DNA of 64,000 bases, from assembly GCA_965227775.1 (NCBI GenBank), contig OZ245777.1:384001-448000 (forward strand), given 5' to 3'. The position numbers and the translations under genes are program-made. This stretch comes from Phycisphaerales bacterium. Lineage in GTDB: Bacteria > Planctomycetota > Phycisphaerae > Phycisphaerales > UBA1924. The notes under the pieces were generated by a model that was given only the letters and a program-made list of their open reading frames with translations, ran no database searches and was not told where the DNA came from. Every line of letters begins with the position of its first letter. The stretch's first letter is position 1. Below are positions 48,158 to 57,415 of this stretch, piece after piece.

Positions 48158-50080
48158 ATGAACACGAACATGGTGAAGACTGCGGCCGGCCTGGCGCTTG
48201 TCGCGGGCCTCTGCATGCCGGCCTTGGCCCAGGACGACCCCGCCGACCCGACAGGCCCGGTGGTGGAGCCTCGTCCCGAAACGCCCGACCGTCGCAGTTC
48301 GCTCGTGCAGCGGGCATACGTCACGCGATTTATGCCCGTGTTGCCGCTGGGCGACCCCAACGCGCCGGGCGTGGATAACCCGGCGACGTTCCCCGACGAA
48401 TTCCGCACCATCAACGGCCGTTTCAATAACCCCGTGGTGCCCTGGCTCGGCTCGACGGGCCAGACCTTCCTGCGTCGGACCCCGGCCGCGTACGGCGATG
48501 GAGCCGGGCGCATCCCGGCTCGCGCCGATGGCAGCAGCCCTCGCGCGATCAGCCAAGTGATCGCCGATCAGGGAGGCGAGGACATGCCCAGCAACGTGGG
48601 CAACTCGAACATGTTCTGGTTGTGGGGACAGTTCCTCGACCACGACATGGACGAGACGCCCATCGCGGTGCCCCTGGAGCGGTTCGACATCGTGGTGCCG
48701 ACCGGCGATCCGTGGTTCGACCCCGATCACACCGGGCTGCAGACGATCGAGCTCGACCGATCGGGATACCAGCTGGGCGCCGGCCCACGCGAGCAGATCA
48801 ATGCCATCACCGCGTTCATCGATGCCTCAAACGTGTACGGATCGGACCAGGAGCGCGCTAACGAGCTGCGCACCTTGGACGGCACGGGTCGCCTCAAGAC
48901 GAGTGACGGCGACCTCTTGCCCTACAACGTCAACCGCTTCCCCAACGCGCCGACGCACCTGGACCCAACGATGTTCCTCGCCGGTGACGTGCGTGCGAAT
49001 GAGCAGATCTCGCTGATTGCGATCCACACGCTGTTCGTCCGCGAGCACAACTACTGGGCCGACCAGATCCGCGCCGCCAACCCGTCGTTCACAGGCGACG
49101 AGGTGTACGAGCACGCCCGCGCCATCATCGGTGGCATCATGCAGGCCATCACGTACAACGAATTCTTGCCGCTGCTACTCGGGAACGATGCGATCCCGGC
49201 GTACACGGGTTACGACCCCGATGTCGACCCACGCATCTCGAACGTGTTCGCGACGGCGGCGTTCCGCATGGGCCACTCCATGCTGCCGACGTTCCTGCAT
49301 CGCATGGACAGCGACGGCAGCGAGGCCGACGAGGGCCACCTGTCCCTGGCCGAGGCGTTCTTCCAGCCCGCTCACATCGGCACCTACGGCATCGACAGCG
49401 TGATTCGCGGTGTTTCGATGAAGCGGGCCCAGCAGCTCGATGGGCTGATCATCTCCGACGTGCGCAACTTCCTGTTCGGCATCCCGGGCGACGGCGGATT
49501 CGACCTTGCTTCATTGAACATCCAACGCGGGCGCGACCACGGGCTTCCCGACTACAACACGGTTCGCGAGGCCTTTGGCCTGCCGCGCGTGTCGGACTTC
49601 ATCGGCGTAACCAGCAACGACGAGATGCAGGCCAAGCTGGCATCGGTCTATGCGGACTGCGATCAGATCGACCCTTGGGTCGGCTTCCTTGTGGAAGACA
49701 CCGTGCCCGGCGCGATGGTGGGTGAGACGCTGCAAGTTGTGCTTGCCGACCAGTTCATCCGTCTGCGCGACGGCGACCGGTTCTGGTACGAGGCCTACCT
49801 GCCCGCTGACCTTGTCGATACGGTCAATCAGCAGTCGCTCTCGACGATCATCCGTCGCCACACGAGCATCGGCGATGAGATCCTCGACAACGCGTTCATG
49901 GCGCCGCCGACGTGCCTGGCCGACCTCGACGACGACGGGGCGCTGACGATCTTCGACTTCCTGGCGTTCCAGACGCTGTTCACCGCGGGCGACCTCAAGG
50001 CCGATTTCAATGGTGACGGCGCGCTGGACATCTTCGACTTCCTGGTGTTCCAGAACGCCTTCGACGCCGGCTGCGATTGA
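48158..50080 (+). CDS. Animal-type heme peroxidase (peroxidase-cyclooxygenase superfamily) with GC-type dockerin anchor
   Basis: WGQFLDHDMD, GDVRANEQ, AFRMGHS, LNIQRGRDHGL, QFIRLRDGDRFWYE; CLADLDDDG...FDAGCD. Confidence 0.93.
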   Translation: MNTNMVKTAAGLALVAGLCMPALAQDDPADPTGPVVEPRPETPDRRSSLVQRAYVTRFMPVLPLGDPNAPGVDNPATFPDEFRTINGRFNNPVVPWLGSTGQTFLRRTPAAYGDGAGRIPARADGSSPRAISQVIADQGGEDMPSNVGNSNMFWLWGQFLDHDMDETPIAVPLERFDIVVPTGDPWFDPDHTGLQTIELDRSGYQLGAGPREQINAITAFIDASNVYGSDQERANELRTLDGTGRLKTSDGDLLPYNVNRFPNAPTHLDPTMFLAGDVRANEQISLIAIHTLFVREHNYWADQIRAANPSFTGDEVYEHARAIIGGIMQAITYNEFLPLLLGNDAIPAYTGYDPDVDPRISNVFATAAFRMGHSMLPTFLHRMDSDGSEADEGHLSLAEAFFQPAHIGTYGIDSVIRGVSMKRAQQLDGLIISDVRNFLFGIPGDGGFDLASLNIQRGRDHGLPDYNTVREAFGLPRVSDFIGVTSNDEMQAKLASVYADCDQIDPWVGFLVEDTVPGAMVGETLQVVLADQFIRLRDGDRFWYEAYLPADLVDTVNQQSLSTIIRRHTSIGDEILDNAFMAPPTCLADLDDDGALTIFDFLAFQTLFTAGDLKADFNGDGALDIFDFLVFQNAFDAGCD

Positions 50081-50093
50081 TCGGAATTTGGAT

Positions 50094-51407
50094 TCAGCTG
50101 CCCTGGTTGCTCGGCCCCGCGGCCTCGCCGGCGCCCAACTCGAGGGCGCGGTCGAGCAACTCCTGCTCTGCCTTTCGATAGCGTGAGAAGCTCGACATGA
50201 GCTGCTCATTCAGCTCTTCGATGGCACGCTGGCGGCCTGGCACATCGACCGGCCCGCGCTCGTCGGTGCTCAGCGAGATGAGGCTCTCGCTTGCGGCGCG
50301 CAGGTCGCTCGCGGCCTGCGCAAACGAACGCGTTGCATCGTAGATCAGCTCGCCCTCGAGCTCGCGGGTGGTCGGCCTCTGAAGCAATCGCCACGGGCTT
50401 CGCCGGACTTCGAGCATCGTGAGCTTTGCCTGGTCGGTGGCCAGGCGCAGGTTTGCGAGTGATCGCCGAATGCCGGGCGTTTCGGACTCGAACAGTGCAG
50501 CGGCGTCGGCAGCGAGGGCGGCTCCGTCTTCGCTCGCGAGCCGGGCATTCTCCACGGTGTCGATCGCGGACGGCAGCAGTTCCTCATTAGTGCGCTCGGT
50601 GATGGCGGCGAGGTCTGCGATAACGCGATCGATGTTGGGCCGGTTGTCGTCGATCGTGTCGCGGACACTCTGGATCACTTCGCCCAGCTCGACTGAGCGC
50701 TCGTCAAGCCTCGTTGCCAGGCCGGTCCACACATCGACACTCTCGCGGACCTCGGTGAGCGCGCCCTCGACCTGATCTCCCAATCCCGGCAAGCGCTCGC
50801 GCAGGTCGCCCGTGATCGATCGTGCATCTTGCAGCGCGAGGTTGAGCTCATCGATCGCGACGCCGACCTCAGGCTCGACATCGGTCAGGATGCGGCTGAC
50901 CCGTTCGCTGGCCTCGGCGAGCGATGCGATCGACCGGCGGATGTTCTCCATGTCTTCGTCGTTCAGGCCTGTCTGAGCGAGCAACCCGGGCGAGGGCCTG
51001 CCCGGCACGCGACCGCCCTCGGAAAGTCGCGGCCCCACGCCAACGCTAATGAAGTTGACCACAGTGCCCGTGCCCAGCAGGGGCACCTCCAGGCGGACAA
51101 CGGCGTCTTCGTGCAGGAGCAGGTCATCGTCGACCTCGATCTCGACGTCGAGCGCGTCAATGGCGCCGGCGTCGTCGGCCAGTTCGATCTTCGAAACGCT
51201 GCCGACCCGCATGCCGCCCACGCGCACCTCGGCGCCCGGGGTGAGCAAGCCCGCGTTGTGCGAGAGCTCAAATCGGACGACGTAGGACTTGGTGGGCTCG
51301 AGTGCGGCAGTAAGATCGCTCAGGATCGCCGTCACAAGCACGGCCAGCGCCACTGCTGCGATGAAGAAGGCGCCCACGATGGCGTTTCGTCCACGGGCCG
51401 GCGGCAT
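50094..51407 (-). CDS. mlaD: MlaD/MCE-family protein
   Basis: N-terminal TM, GLLTPGAEVRVGGMRVGSV, PLLG, long helical tail with PWRLL. Confidence 0.88.
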   Translation of the reverse strand: MPPARGRNAIVGAFFIAAVALAVLVTAILSDLTAALEPTKSYVVRFELSHNAGLLTPGAEVRVGGMRVGSVSKIELADDAGAIDALDVEIEVDDDLLLHEDAVVRLEVPLLGTGTVVNFISVGVGPRLSEGGRVPGRPSPGLLAQTGLNDEDMENIRRSIASLAEASERVSRILTDVEPEVGVAIDELNLALQDARSITGDLRERLPGLGDQVEGALTEVRESVDVWTGLATRLDERSVELGEVIQSVRDTIDDNRPNIDRVIADLAAITERTNEELLPSAIDTVENARLASEDGAALAADAAALFESETPGIRRSLANLRLATDQAKLTMLEVRRSPWRLLQRPTTRELEGELIYDATRSFAQAASDLRAASESLISLSTDERGPVDVPGRQRAIEELNEQLMSSFSRYRKAEQELLDRALELGAGEAAGPSNQGS

Positions 51408-51452
51408 GTCGGGTGCGCTCCCTTCGGTCGTGCGTGTCTTGGGCTCGGATGC

Positions 51453-52406
51453 TCAGGCTTGCAGGATTCGCCGCAGCCGTTGCAGCACGCTCTCGTCTTC
51501 GGTCCTGGGAACGATACGCGACGGCTCCACGCTGCGCATACCTGGCACGCCGGGGCGGACGCCCAAGATGTCCTGCTCCCAATCGCTGCCGCTCTGGCGC
51601 TCGCTCAGCGGGCCCTCGGCCGAGCCTCGCAGGAACTGGTGGATGATCTGCTCGTCTTCGCTGAGCGATTCGACCTCGGCATCGGGCACGTCCCGCACGC
51701 GCTCGAACCACGCCTTGGACTCGACGGCGAGCATGCGGCCCTTATCGAGCATGGCCATGCGATCGGCGATGGTGAAGGCCGAGTCCATCTCGTGGGTTAC
51801 CACCACGCAGGCGATGCCGAGCTTCTTGGTCAGGTCGAGCAGCAGGCGGTCGATCTGCGCGCTGGTGATCGGGTCAAGCCCGGCGCTCGGCTCATCGCAG
51901 AACAGAAGCTGGGGATCGAGGGCCATCGCTCGGGCCAGCCCTGCCCGCTTCTTCATGCCACCGGAGATCTGCGCTGGGAACAGGTCGGCAGCCTCGCGGA
52001 GCTGCACCTGCTCGAGCTTGATCTTCACCTGGATGTCGATGATCTCCTGGCTTAGCCGCGTGTGCTCCTGAAGCGGCAACGCGACGTTCTCAGCCACGGT
52101 CATGCTGTTAAAGAGCGCGCCGCTCTGGAACAGGATGCCAAACTTCAGGCGCACCTTGTTGAGCTTCTCTTCGGTGAGCCCGCAGATGTCGTGATCGAAC
52201 ATCGAGATGCTGCCGGCATCGCTCTTGAGCGAGCCGATCATGAGGCGCAGCAGCGTGCTCTTGCCAGATCCGGAGCCCCCCATGATGACCATGGTCTCGC
52301 CGGGCATGACGTCGAGGTCGATGCCCTTGAGAATCTCACGCCCGTCAAAGCTCTTGCGCAGGCCTCGGACACGGAGCACCGGGCCATCGTTCTTGCCCGG
52401 CGGCAT
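51453..52406 (-). CDS. mlaF: MlaF-type ABC ATPase
   Basis: GGSGSGKST, LFQSGALFNSMTVAENVALPL, ISGGMKKRAGLARA, DEPSAGLDP. Confidence 0.9.
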   Translation of the reverse strand: MPPGKNDGPVLRVRGLRKSFDGREILKGIDLDVMPGETMVIMGGSGSGKSTLLRLMIGSLKSDAGSISMFDHDICGLTEEKLNKVRLKFGILFQSGALFNSMTVAENVALPLQEHTRLSQEIIDIQVKIKLEQVQLREAADLFPAQISGGMKKRAGLARAMALDPQLLFCDEPSAGLDPITSAQIDRLLLDLTKKLGIACVVVTHEMDSAFTIADRMAMLDKGRMLAVESKAWFERVRDVPDAEVESLSEDEQIIHQFLRGSAEGPLSERQSGSDWEQDILGVRPGVPGMRSVEPSRIVPRTEDESVLQRLRRILQA

Positions 52407-52409
52407 GGC

Positions 52410-53213
52410 TCAGCCCTCGCCCGGTTCGCTGCCGTCGCCGCCATCCTGATCGGGATCGGCTGGAGCCGGGGTGCTTGGAGCCACCGGCGCGGTCGAGCCC
52501 GCCGGCGGCAACAGCCACACCAGTGAACCGTCCGACGCCTCGAACGCGATGTTGTGGACGACGTTCGAGCCGCTGGCACCCTGGTTCGGGATGATGACCA
52601 CAAACAGGACCGTGCCCTGGTCGTACGGCAGCGCGAGCGGGGCCGCGGCGTAGCGACTCTGCGAATACACCTGGCCCGCGTCGGCCTGGGCGGTCTCGAT
52701 GCTCGGACCAACCTCGATGGCGAGCTGGATGAGCTCCCACATACCCTCGGGGCGCCCCTGCATCGTGCCGTGCTCGGCGGCGAGCGCATCGCCCCAGGCA
52801 TCCATCACAGCCTCGTCGAGCAGCGACGCCTGCGCGCTGACCATGTAGCTCTGCGCTTCTTGCAGGTCGCGAGCCTCGACGGCTTCGACCAGCCTTCCGA
52901 GCCCGCTCCACTCGCGACCAGCCGCGGCCATCCCGAAGATGATCGCGATGTTGATGGCCCCAGCGACGAGGCCGATGACGATCGCGGCGATAGCCAGGCC
53001 ACCGCCCTTCTTTCGATCGCCCGACGTGGAGATGAGCACGAGCGCCAACACGCCGAGCAACAAGCCAAAAGGCCCAACGCCGGGGATGCAACAGGCGATC
53101 AGGCCGACCAGCGAGATGACGAACGCGAAGACCGCGAGAAAGCTGGTCTTTGGTTCGAGGTACTCCGGGCCGCCGACAGAATCGTGAGGCTGGGCGTAGG
53201 GATTGTCGCTCAT
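52410..53213 (-). CDS. DUF4190-like membrane protein
   Basis: KTSFLAVFAFVISL...CC...LGVLALV...GGGLAIAAIVIG. Confidence 0.8.
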   Translation of the reverse strand: MSDNPYAQPHDSVGGPEYLEPKTSFLAVFAFVISLVGLIACCIPGVGPFGLLLGVLALVLISTSGDRKKGGGLAIAAIVIGLVAGAINIAIIFGMAAAGREWSGLGRLVEAVEARDLQEAQSYMVSAQASLLDEAVMDAWGDALAAEHGTMQGRPEGMWELIQLAIEVGPSIETAQADAGQVYSQSRYAAAPLALPYDQGTVLFVVIIPNQGASGSNVVHNIAFEASDGSLVWLLPPAGSTAPVAPSTPAPADPDQDGGDGSEPGEG

Positions 53214-53273
53214 GCCGCAGGGTAGCCCGCTCAGAAGCCAGTCATCGCACAAGAAACGACACCGGGCCCGGGC

Positions 53274-54434
53274 TCAGATGGTCGCCGTGACGACCTGATG
53301 GGCCTCAACGATCGCGTCGGCGGCGAAGCGGACCTCGTCTTCGGTCGTGAAACGCGAGAGGCTGATACGGAGCGAGCCGGCGGCCATCTTCTTGTCGAGC
53401 CCCATCGCGCACAGCACGGGGCTTGGTTCGAGCGATCCGCTGCTGCAGGCCGAGCCCGCCGAGACGCACACGCCCATCTCGGCGAGCGTCAGCAGCATGA
53501 TCTCAGCCTCGGCCCCGGGGATGGCGAGGTTGGTTGTGTTCCACAACCGCTCGCTCGGGTCGCGGGGCCCGTTCACGCACGCGCCCTGGATTCGTTCGAG
53601 CACGGTTCGCTCGAGCTCGTCTCGCAGGCTCGCGACGCGGGCTCGGTTGCTTGGGTCTTCCAGCCACGACTGCGCGCCCCTCGCGGCCTCGCCCAAGCCA
53701 ACGATGCCGGGCACGTTCTCCGTTCCACCGCGGCGCCCGAGTTCCTGCGAGCCGGGCGCCTGCCGACAGATCTTGAACCCGCGGCGGACCCACAGCGCGC
53801 CGATGCCCTTTGGTCCGTGGAACTTGTGGGCGCTAAACGTCAGCATGTCGAACGGACACTCGCGGACGTCAGTATCCATCCTACCGACCCACTGCGTGCC
53901 ATCGACGTGCACGGCGGCCCCCGCGTCCTTGGCCATGTTCGCCAGTTCGGCGATGGGTTGGATGGCGCCGGTCTCGTTGTTTGCCCACTGCACGCTGAGC
54001 ACCGCGACCGAATCGTCGATCATCGAACGCGACTTCTCGAGGTCGATCACGCCACCGGGCCCGATGGGAAGCCACCGCACCTCGGCCTTGCCGCAGGCGT
54101 GGAGGCTCTTGGCGAGCTCTCGGACGGCGGGGTGCTCAAGCCCGCTGGTGACCAGCACACGGCGGTCACAGGTCTTCTCGGTTTCCTCGAGCGCACCGCG
54201 AATTGCAAGCTGGCAGCTCTCGGTGCCGCCCGAGCAGAAGACAATCTCACGCTGGCCCGCGTGGATGAGTTCGGCGACAGACCGCCGGGCCTGCTCGATC
54301 CGCGCCCGCGCCGACTGCCCTGGACGGTGCACGCTGGACGGATTCGCCCAGCAGTTCTCAAGGCACTCGGACACTGCCGAAACCACTTCGGGCAGCGGTC
54401 GCGTGGTCGCGTTGTTGTCCAGGTAGGCGTTCAC
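53274..54434 (-). CDS. Cysteine desulfurase (IscS/NifS family)
   Basis: YLDNNATT, SAHKFHGPKG, GGTENV, SAGSACSSG. Confidence 0.95.
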   Translation of the reverse strand: MNAYLDNNATTRPLPEVVSAVSECLENCWANPSSVHRPGQSARARIEQARRSVAELIHAGQREIVFCSGGTESCQLAIRGALEETEKTCDRRVLVTSGLEHPAVRELAKSLHACGKAEVRWLPIGPGGVIDLEKSRSMIDDSVAVLSVQWANNETGAIQPIAELANMAKDAGAAVHVDGTQWVGRMDTDVRECPFDMLTFSAHKFHGPKGIGALWVRRGFKICRQAPGSQELGRRGGTENVPGIVGLGEAARGAQSWLEDPSNRARVASLRDELERTVLERIQGACVNGPRDPSERLWNTTNLAIPGAEAEIMLLTLAEMGVCVSAGSACSSGSLEPSPVLCAMGLDKKMAAGSLRISLSRFTTEDEVRFAADAIVEAHQVVTATI

Positions 54435-54481
54435 CGAACGAGCAGTCCTCCGAGAAATCCAACGTTCATGGCGCGATTGCC

Positions 54482-55219
54482 TCAGCGATCGTCGTCGTCC
54501 TCGTCGTCGTCTTCCTCTTCCTCGTCGTCTTCGTACTCGTCGTCGTCTTCCTCATCCTCGTACTCGTCATCCTCGTACTCGTCGTCTTCGTACTCCTCTT
54601 CTTCCTGGGCCTTCTGCCGCTCCTCGAGCAACTCTTTGAGCTGGTCGGGGTTTAGCACTCGGACGAGGCCGTCCTTCAGGCGACGCTGGGCGAAGTTGAT
54701 GATGAGACCCAGCTCGAGCTCGAGGGCACGGAGCTTGGCACGCGTCTGCAGACGCTCGCCCGTGCCAACGTCACCGGGCCGCGCGACCAGGTCCACGATA
54801 AATCGGTCCTCGACGAACAGCGACGCGGTGACCTGGCCCACGAGCTGGTCCTGGTACTTCACGTCGATGGTCCGGTCGGCAACGTGCTCGATGCCGGCTT
54901 CCTTCATCTCGATCTGCAGCGCCTTGTTGTACATCTCGATAGGCAGGCCCGGGCCCAGCGCCTTGTGCACCTCGATAGCGCAACCGATGACGCGGCGGCT
55001 GATGTCGGTCAGCTCCGGGTCGAGCGCGCTGAGCGGGATGCCCTGTCGGTCGTGCCCATGGCCGCGGCCGTGACCGCGACCCCCGCCGTGCCCGCCACCA
55101 TGCCGGCCTCGGCCGCCGTGACCCCGACCGCGTCCGCCGCCGCCACGTCCGCGACCCCCACCGCCGCCGCGTCCCCGATACTCGCCTCGCTCGTCGTAGT
55201 CTCGCCTGTCGTTGCTCAT
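54482..55219 (-). CDS. GxxExxY-family (PD-(D/E)XK fold) protein with RGG/His-rich N-tail and acidic C-tail
   Basis: VIGCAIEVHKALGPGL..EMY, LGLIINF..RLKDGLVR; N-terminal RGRGGGGGRGRGGGG; C-terminal EEEEYEDDEYEDDEY. Confidence 0.88.
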   Translation of the reverse strand: MSNDRRDYDERGEYRGRGGGGGRGRGGGGRGRGHGGRGRHGGGHGGGRGHGRGHGHDRQGIPLSALDPELTDISRRVIGCAIEVHKALGPGLPIEMYNKALQIEMKEAGIEHVADRTIDVKYQDQLVGQVTASLFVEDRFIVDLVARPGDVGTGERLQTRAKLRALELELGLIINFAQRRLKDGLVRVLNPDQLKELLEERQKAQEEEEYEDDEYEDDEYEDEEDDDEYEDDEEEEDDDEDDDDR

Positions 55220-55493
55220 CTGAAGTGCTCCAAAGAGATGGGACCAAGGGTTGGAAACTGGTAATTGGGGTACGGCCCGCGGGTCGGGCTCGTTCCACGC
55301 GACGCGAGGGCCGCTACGCGGGTTCTGATGGTGGAATCGGGTCGCAGGCCGGGTTGGTGGCCTGCCGATGGATCGGGCTCTGGTAGGAAGCCGAAGGGGG
55401 CGGGCCAACCCGTACCGCCACCGCCGTATCCCTGAAGGATACCACGAACCGGCGTCCGGCGACACGCAATCTTCTCGGAGAGCCCGGAACTCG

Positions 55494-56282
55494 TCAGAAC
55501 GCCGGTGTCCGCCCGCCGTCCACCGCCAGCACCGTACCAGTGATGTACGAGGCCGCGGGCGTGCAGTAGAAGGCGACCGCGGCGGCCACCTCCTCAGGCT
55601 CGCCCAGGCGCCCCATGGGGATCGAAGTGATCGCCTCATCCTTCACGGCGTTCGCATCGCTGCCCAGGCGGCTCGCCTTGGCGTCGAACAGGCTGCTCAG
55701 GCGGGCAGTGTCGGTGAAGCCGGGCAGTACGCTGTTGACGGTGACCTTGTCCTTGGCGACCTCGCCCGCCAGCGTCTTGGCCCAGGCCGCGACCGCGGCC
55801 CGGACGGTGTTGCTGACCCCGAGCCCGGGGATGGGGCACTTCACACTCGTGCTGATGATGCTCACGATCCGGCCGAAGCCCTTCTGCCTCATGCTCGGCA
55901 GGACGAGGTTGGCCAGGTTCTGGTTGTTCACCAGGTGGGCCGTCATGCCCTTGATGAACGCCTCGCCACCCGCCTCGGTGATCGGCCCGCCGGGCGGCCC
56001 ACCCGTGTTGTTCACAAGGATGTCGAAGCCGCCGGCCCGATCGAGGGCCCCGCTCGCCTCGTCCAGCACCATCGCGGGGTCGTGGAAGTCGGCGATGGCA
56101 ATGTCGTGCTCGACTCCATCGACCGCGGGCAGAGACGCCGTCGCCTCGTCCAGCCGCTGCGGATCGCGGGCGAAGAGCGTCACGCGGCAGCCCAGCGAAG
56201 CCAGCGCTACAGCCGAAGCAAATCCGATGCCCTGGCTGGCACCGCAGACCAGAGCGGCACGTCCGTGGAGGTTGGTGTCCAT
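55494..56282 (-). CDS. Short-chain dehydrogenase/reductase
   Basis: [38 protein letters not shown]. Confidence 0.93.
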   Translation of the reverse strand: MDTNLHGRAALVCGASQGIGFASAVALASLGCRVTLFARDPQRLDEATASLPAVDGVEHDIAIADFHDPAMVLDEASGALDRAGGFDILVNNTGGPPGGPITEAGGEAFIKGMTAHLVNNQNLANLVLPSMRQKGFGRIVSIISTSVKCPIPGLGVSNTVRAAVAAWAKTLAGEVAKDKVTVNSVLPGFTDTARLSSLFDAKASRLGSDANAVKDEAITSIPMGRLGEPEEVAAAVAFYCTPAASYITGTVLAVDGGRTPAF

Positions 56283-56374
56283 GGGCGACCATAGGAGAGG
56301 GTGGGCCGCGCTTGGAGCGACCCCGGGATAGCGTGCCCGGTTCGCACATCGCTCGAATGCCAGGAGGAACGCCC

Positions 56375-56704
56375 ATGAATCCGAGAATGAAGATCGCCGC
56401 CACATTAACCGCCGGGCTCGCGTGCGGGCTGGGAGTCTCGGTCATGCTCGCAACGGCCAAGACCGGCGAATCCGACGGAAGCCCCTTCCAGGCAAGCGTC
56501 ACGACGCACGGGGATTGGGTTGCCGTGTGGCGTCACCACGAGTCTGGCGCCGAGTTGACGCTTGCTGGCGTCGCCGACGCAGAGACGCAGATAGCCCAGC
56601 GGCTCAACGCTGAGTTCCGATATGCCAAGCAGGAGTACGGCGCTGATGATCCGCGAACGCTGGAAGCCGGCCGCATGATCGATCGCTTTGCCAATCGGCG
56701 CTAG
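56375..56704 (+). CDS. Small exported hypothetical protein
   Basis: SD AGGAGG and an N-terminal hydrophobic segment. Confidence 0.65.
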   Translation: MNPRMKIAATLTAGLACGLGVSVMLATAKTGESDGSPFQASVTTHGDWVAVWRHHESGAELTLAGVADAETQIAQRLNAEFRYAKQEYGADDPRTLEAGRMIDRFANRR

Positions 56705-56815
56705 AACCAGGTTCACACGCCTGCGGAAGCGAAAACTCCGGCTCGGATCGTGCCCTTTTCGATTACATTGGAGCAGACGCACACCGTCGAGCCGCCCCCA
56801 AGCAGGAGAGAAGAG

Positions 56816-57415
56816 ATGGCCCGCCCGACCCCTACAATCATCGCAGCTGCAGTTGTCTTGGCCTGCACGGCCCCGGCCCTCGCCCAGGCCATCGACATCT
56901 TTGCCGACATCCCAAGCCAGCCCGGCGAGACGGCCACGATCACCCTCGGGGCTCGCTTCGATGGAGCGGCCGACTACGCCATGGCAGGCATCGCCACCAG
57001 CCTGGTGCACACCAGCATGCGCGGCCAGTTCTTCTTGGACGGCCAGCGATTGGTCGCGCCCATGGACGGACCTGGCACGTCGGCAGGCATGGCCACCGGC
57101 TCGTCGTACGACGGCATCATTGCCGGCCAGCTCAACTTCCCGCCAGCGGGCATCTTCGCCGACCCGACGAACCCCATCGCGTTCTGGCAGGTCGACTACA
57201 GCTTCGAGTTCGATCCGCGCGGCGGCCCGGCGGTGCTGGACCTTCGCACGCTCACGACCCGCTTCGACGTCTACGTCGACCGCGACTCGGGCACGAGCGA
57301 GAGCCGCTTGGACGGACTGGTCGAAGGGGAAGGCCAGGTGGTCATCTTCCCGGCACCCGGCACGGGCATCGCGTTGCTTGGTGGCCTGGCGCTCGCCTTA
57401 CGCCGGCGGCGTTAA
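56816..57415 (+). CDS. PEP-CTERM-like (PAP) sorting-signal surface protein
   Basis: Signal peptide ALA|Q; C-terminal FPAPGTGIALLGGLALALRRRR. Confidence 0.88.
   Translation: MARPTPTIIAAAVVLACTAPALAQAIDIFADIPSQPGETATITLGARFDGAADYAMAGIATSLVHTSMRGQFFLDGQRLVAPMDGPGTSAGMATGSSYDGIIAGQLNFPPAGIFADPTNPIAFWQVDYSFEFDPRGGPAVLDLRTLTTRFDVYVDRDSGTSESRLDGLVEGEGQVVIFPAPGTGIALLGGLALALRRRR

Noticed and set aside
55220..55445. Riboswitch or ncRNA in the roughly 210-nt leader of the GxxExxY gene
   Set aside because: Only short stems (7-bp GGTACGG/CCGTACC, gcaggcc/ggcctgc), expected by chance at this GC content; no recognisable family motif.
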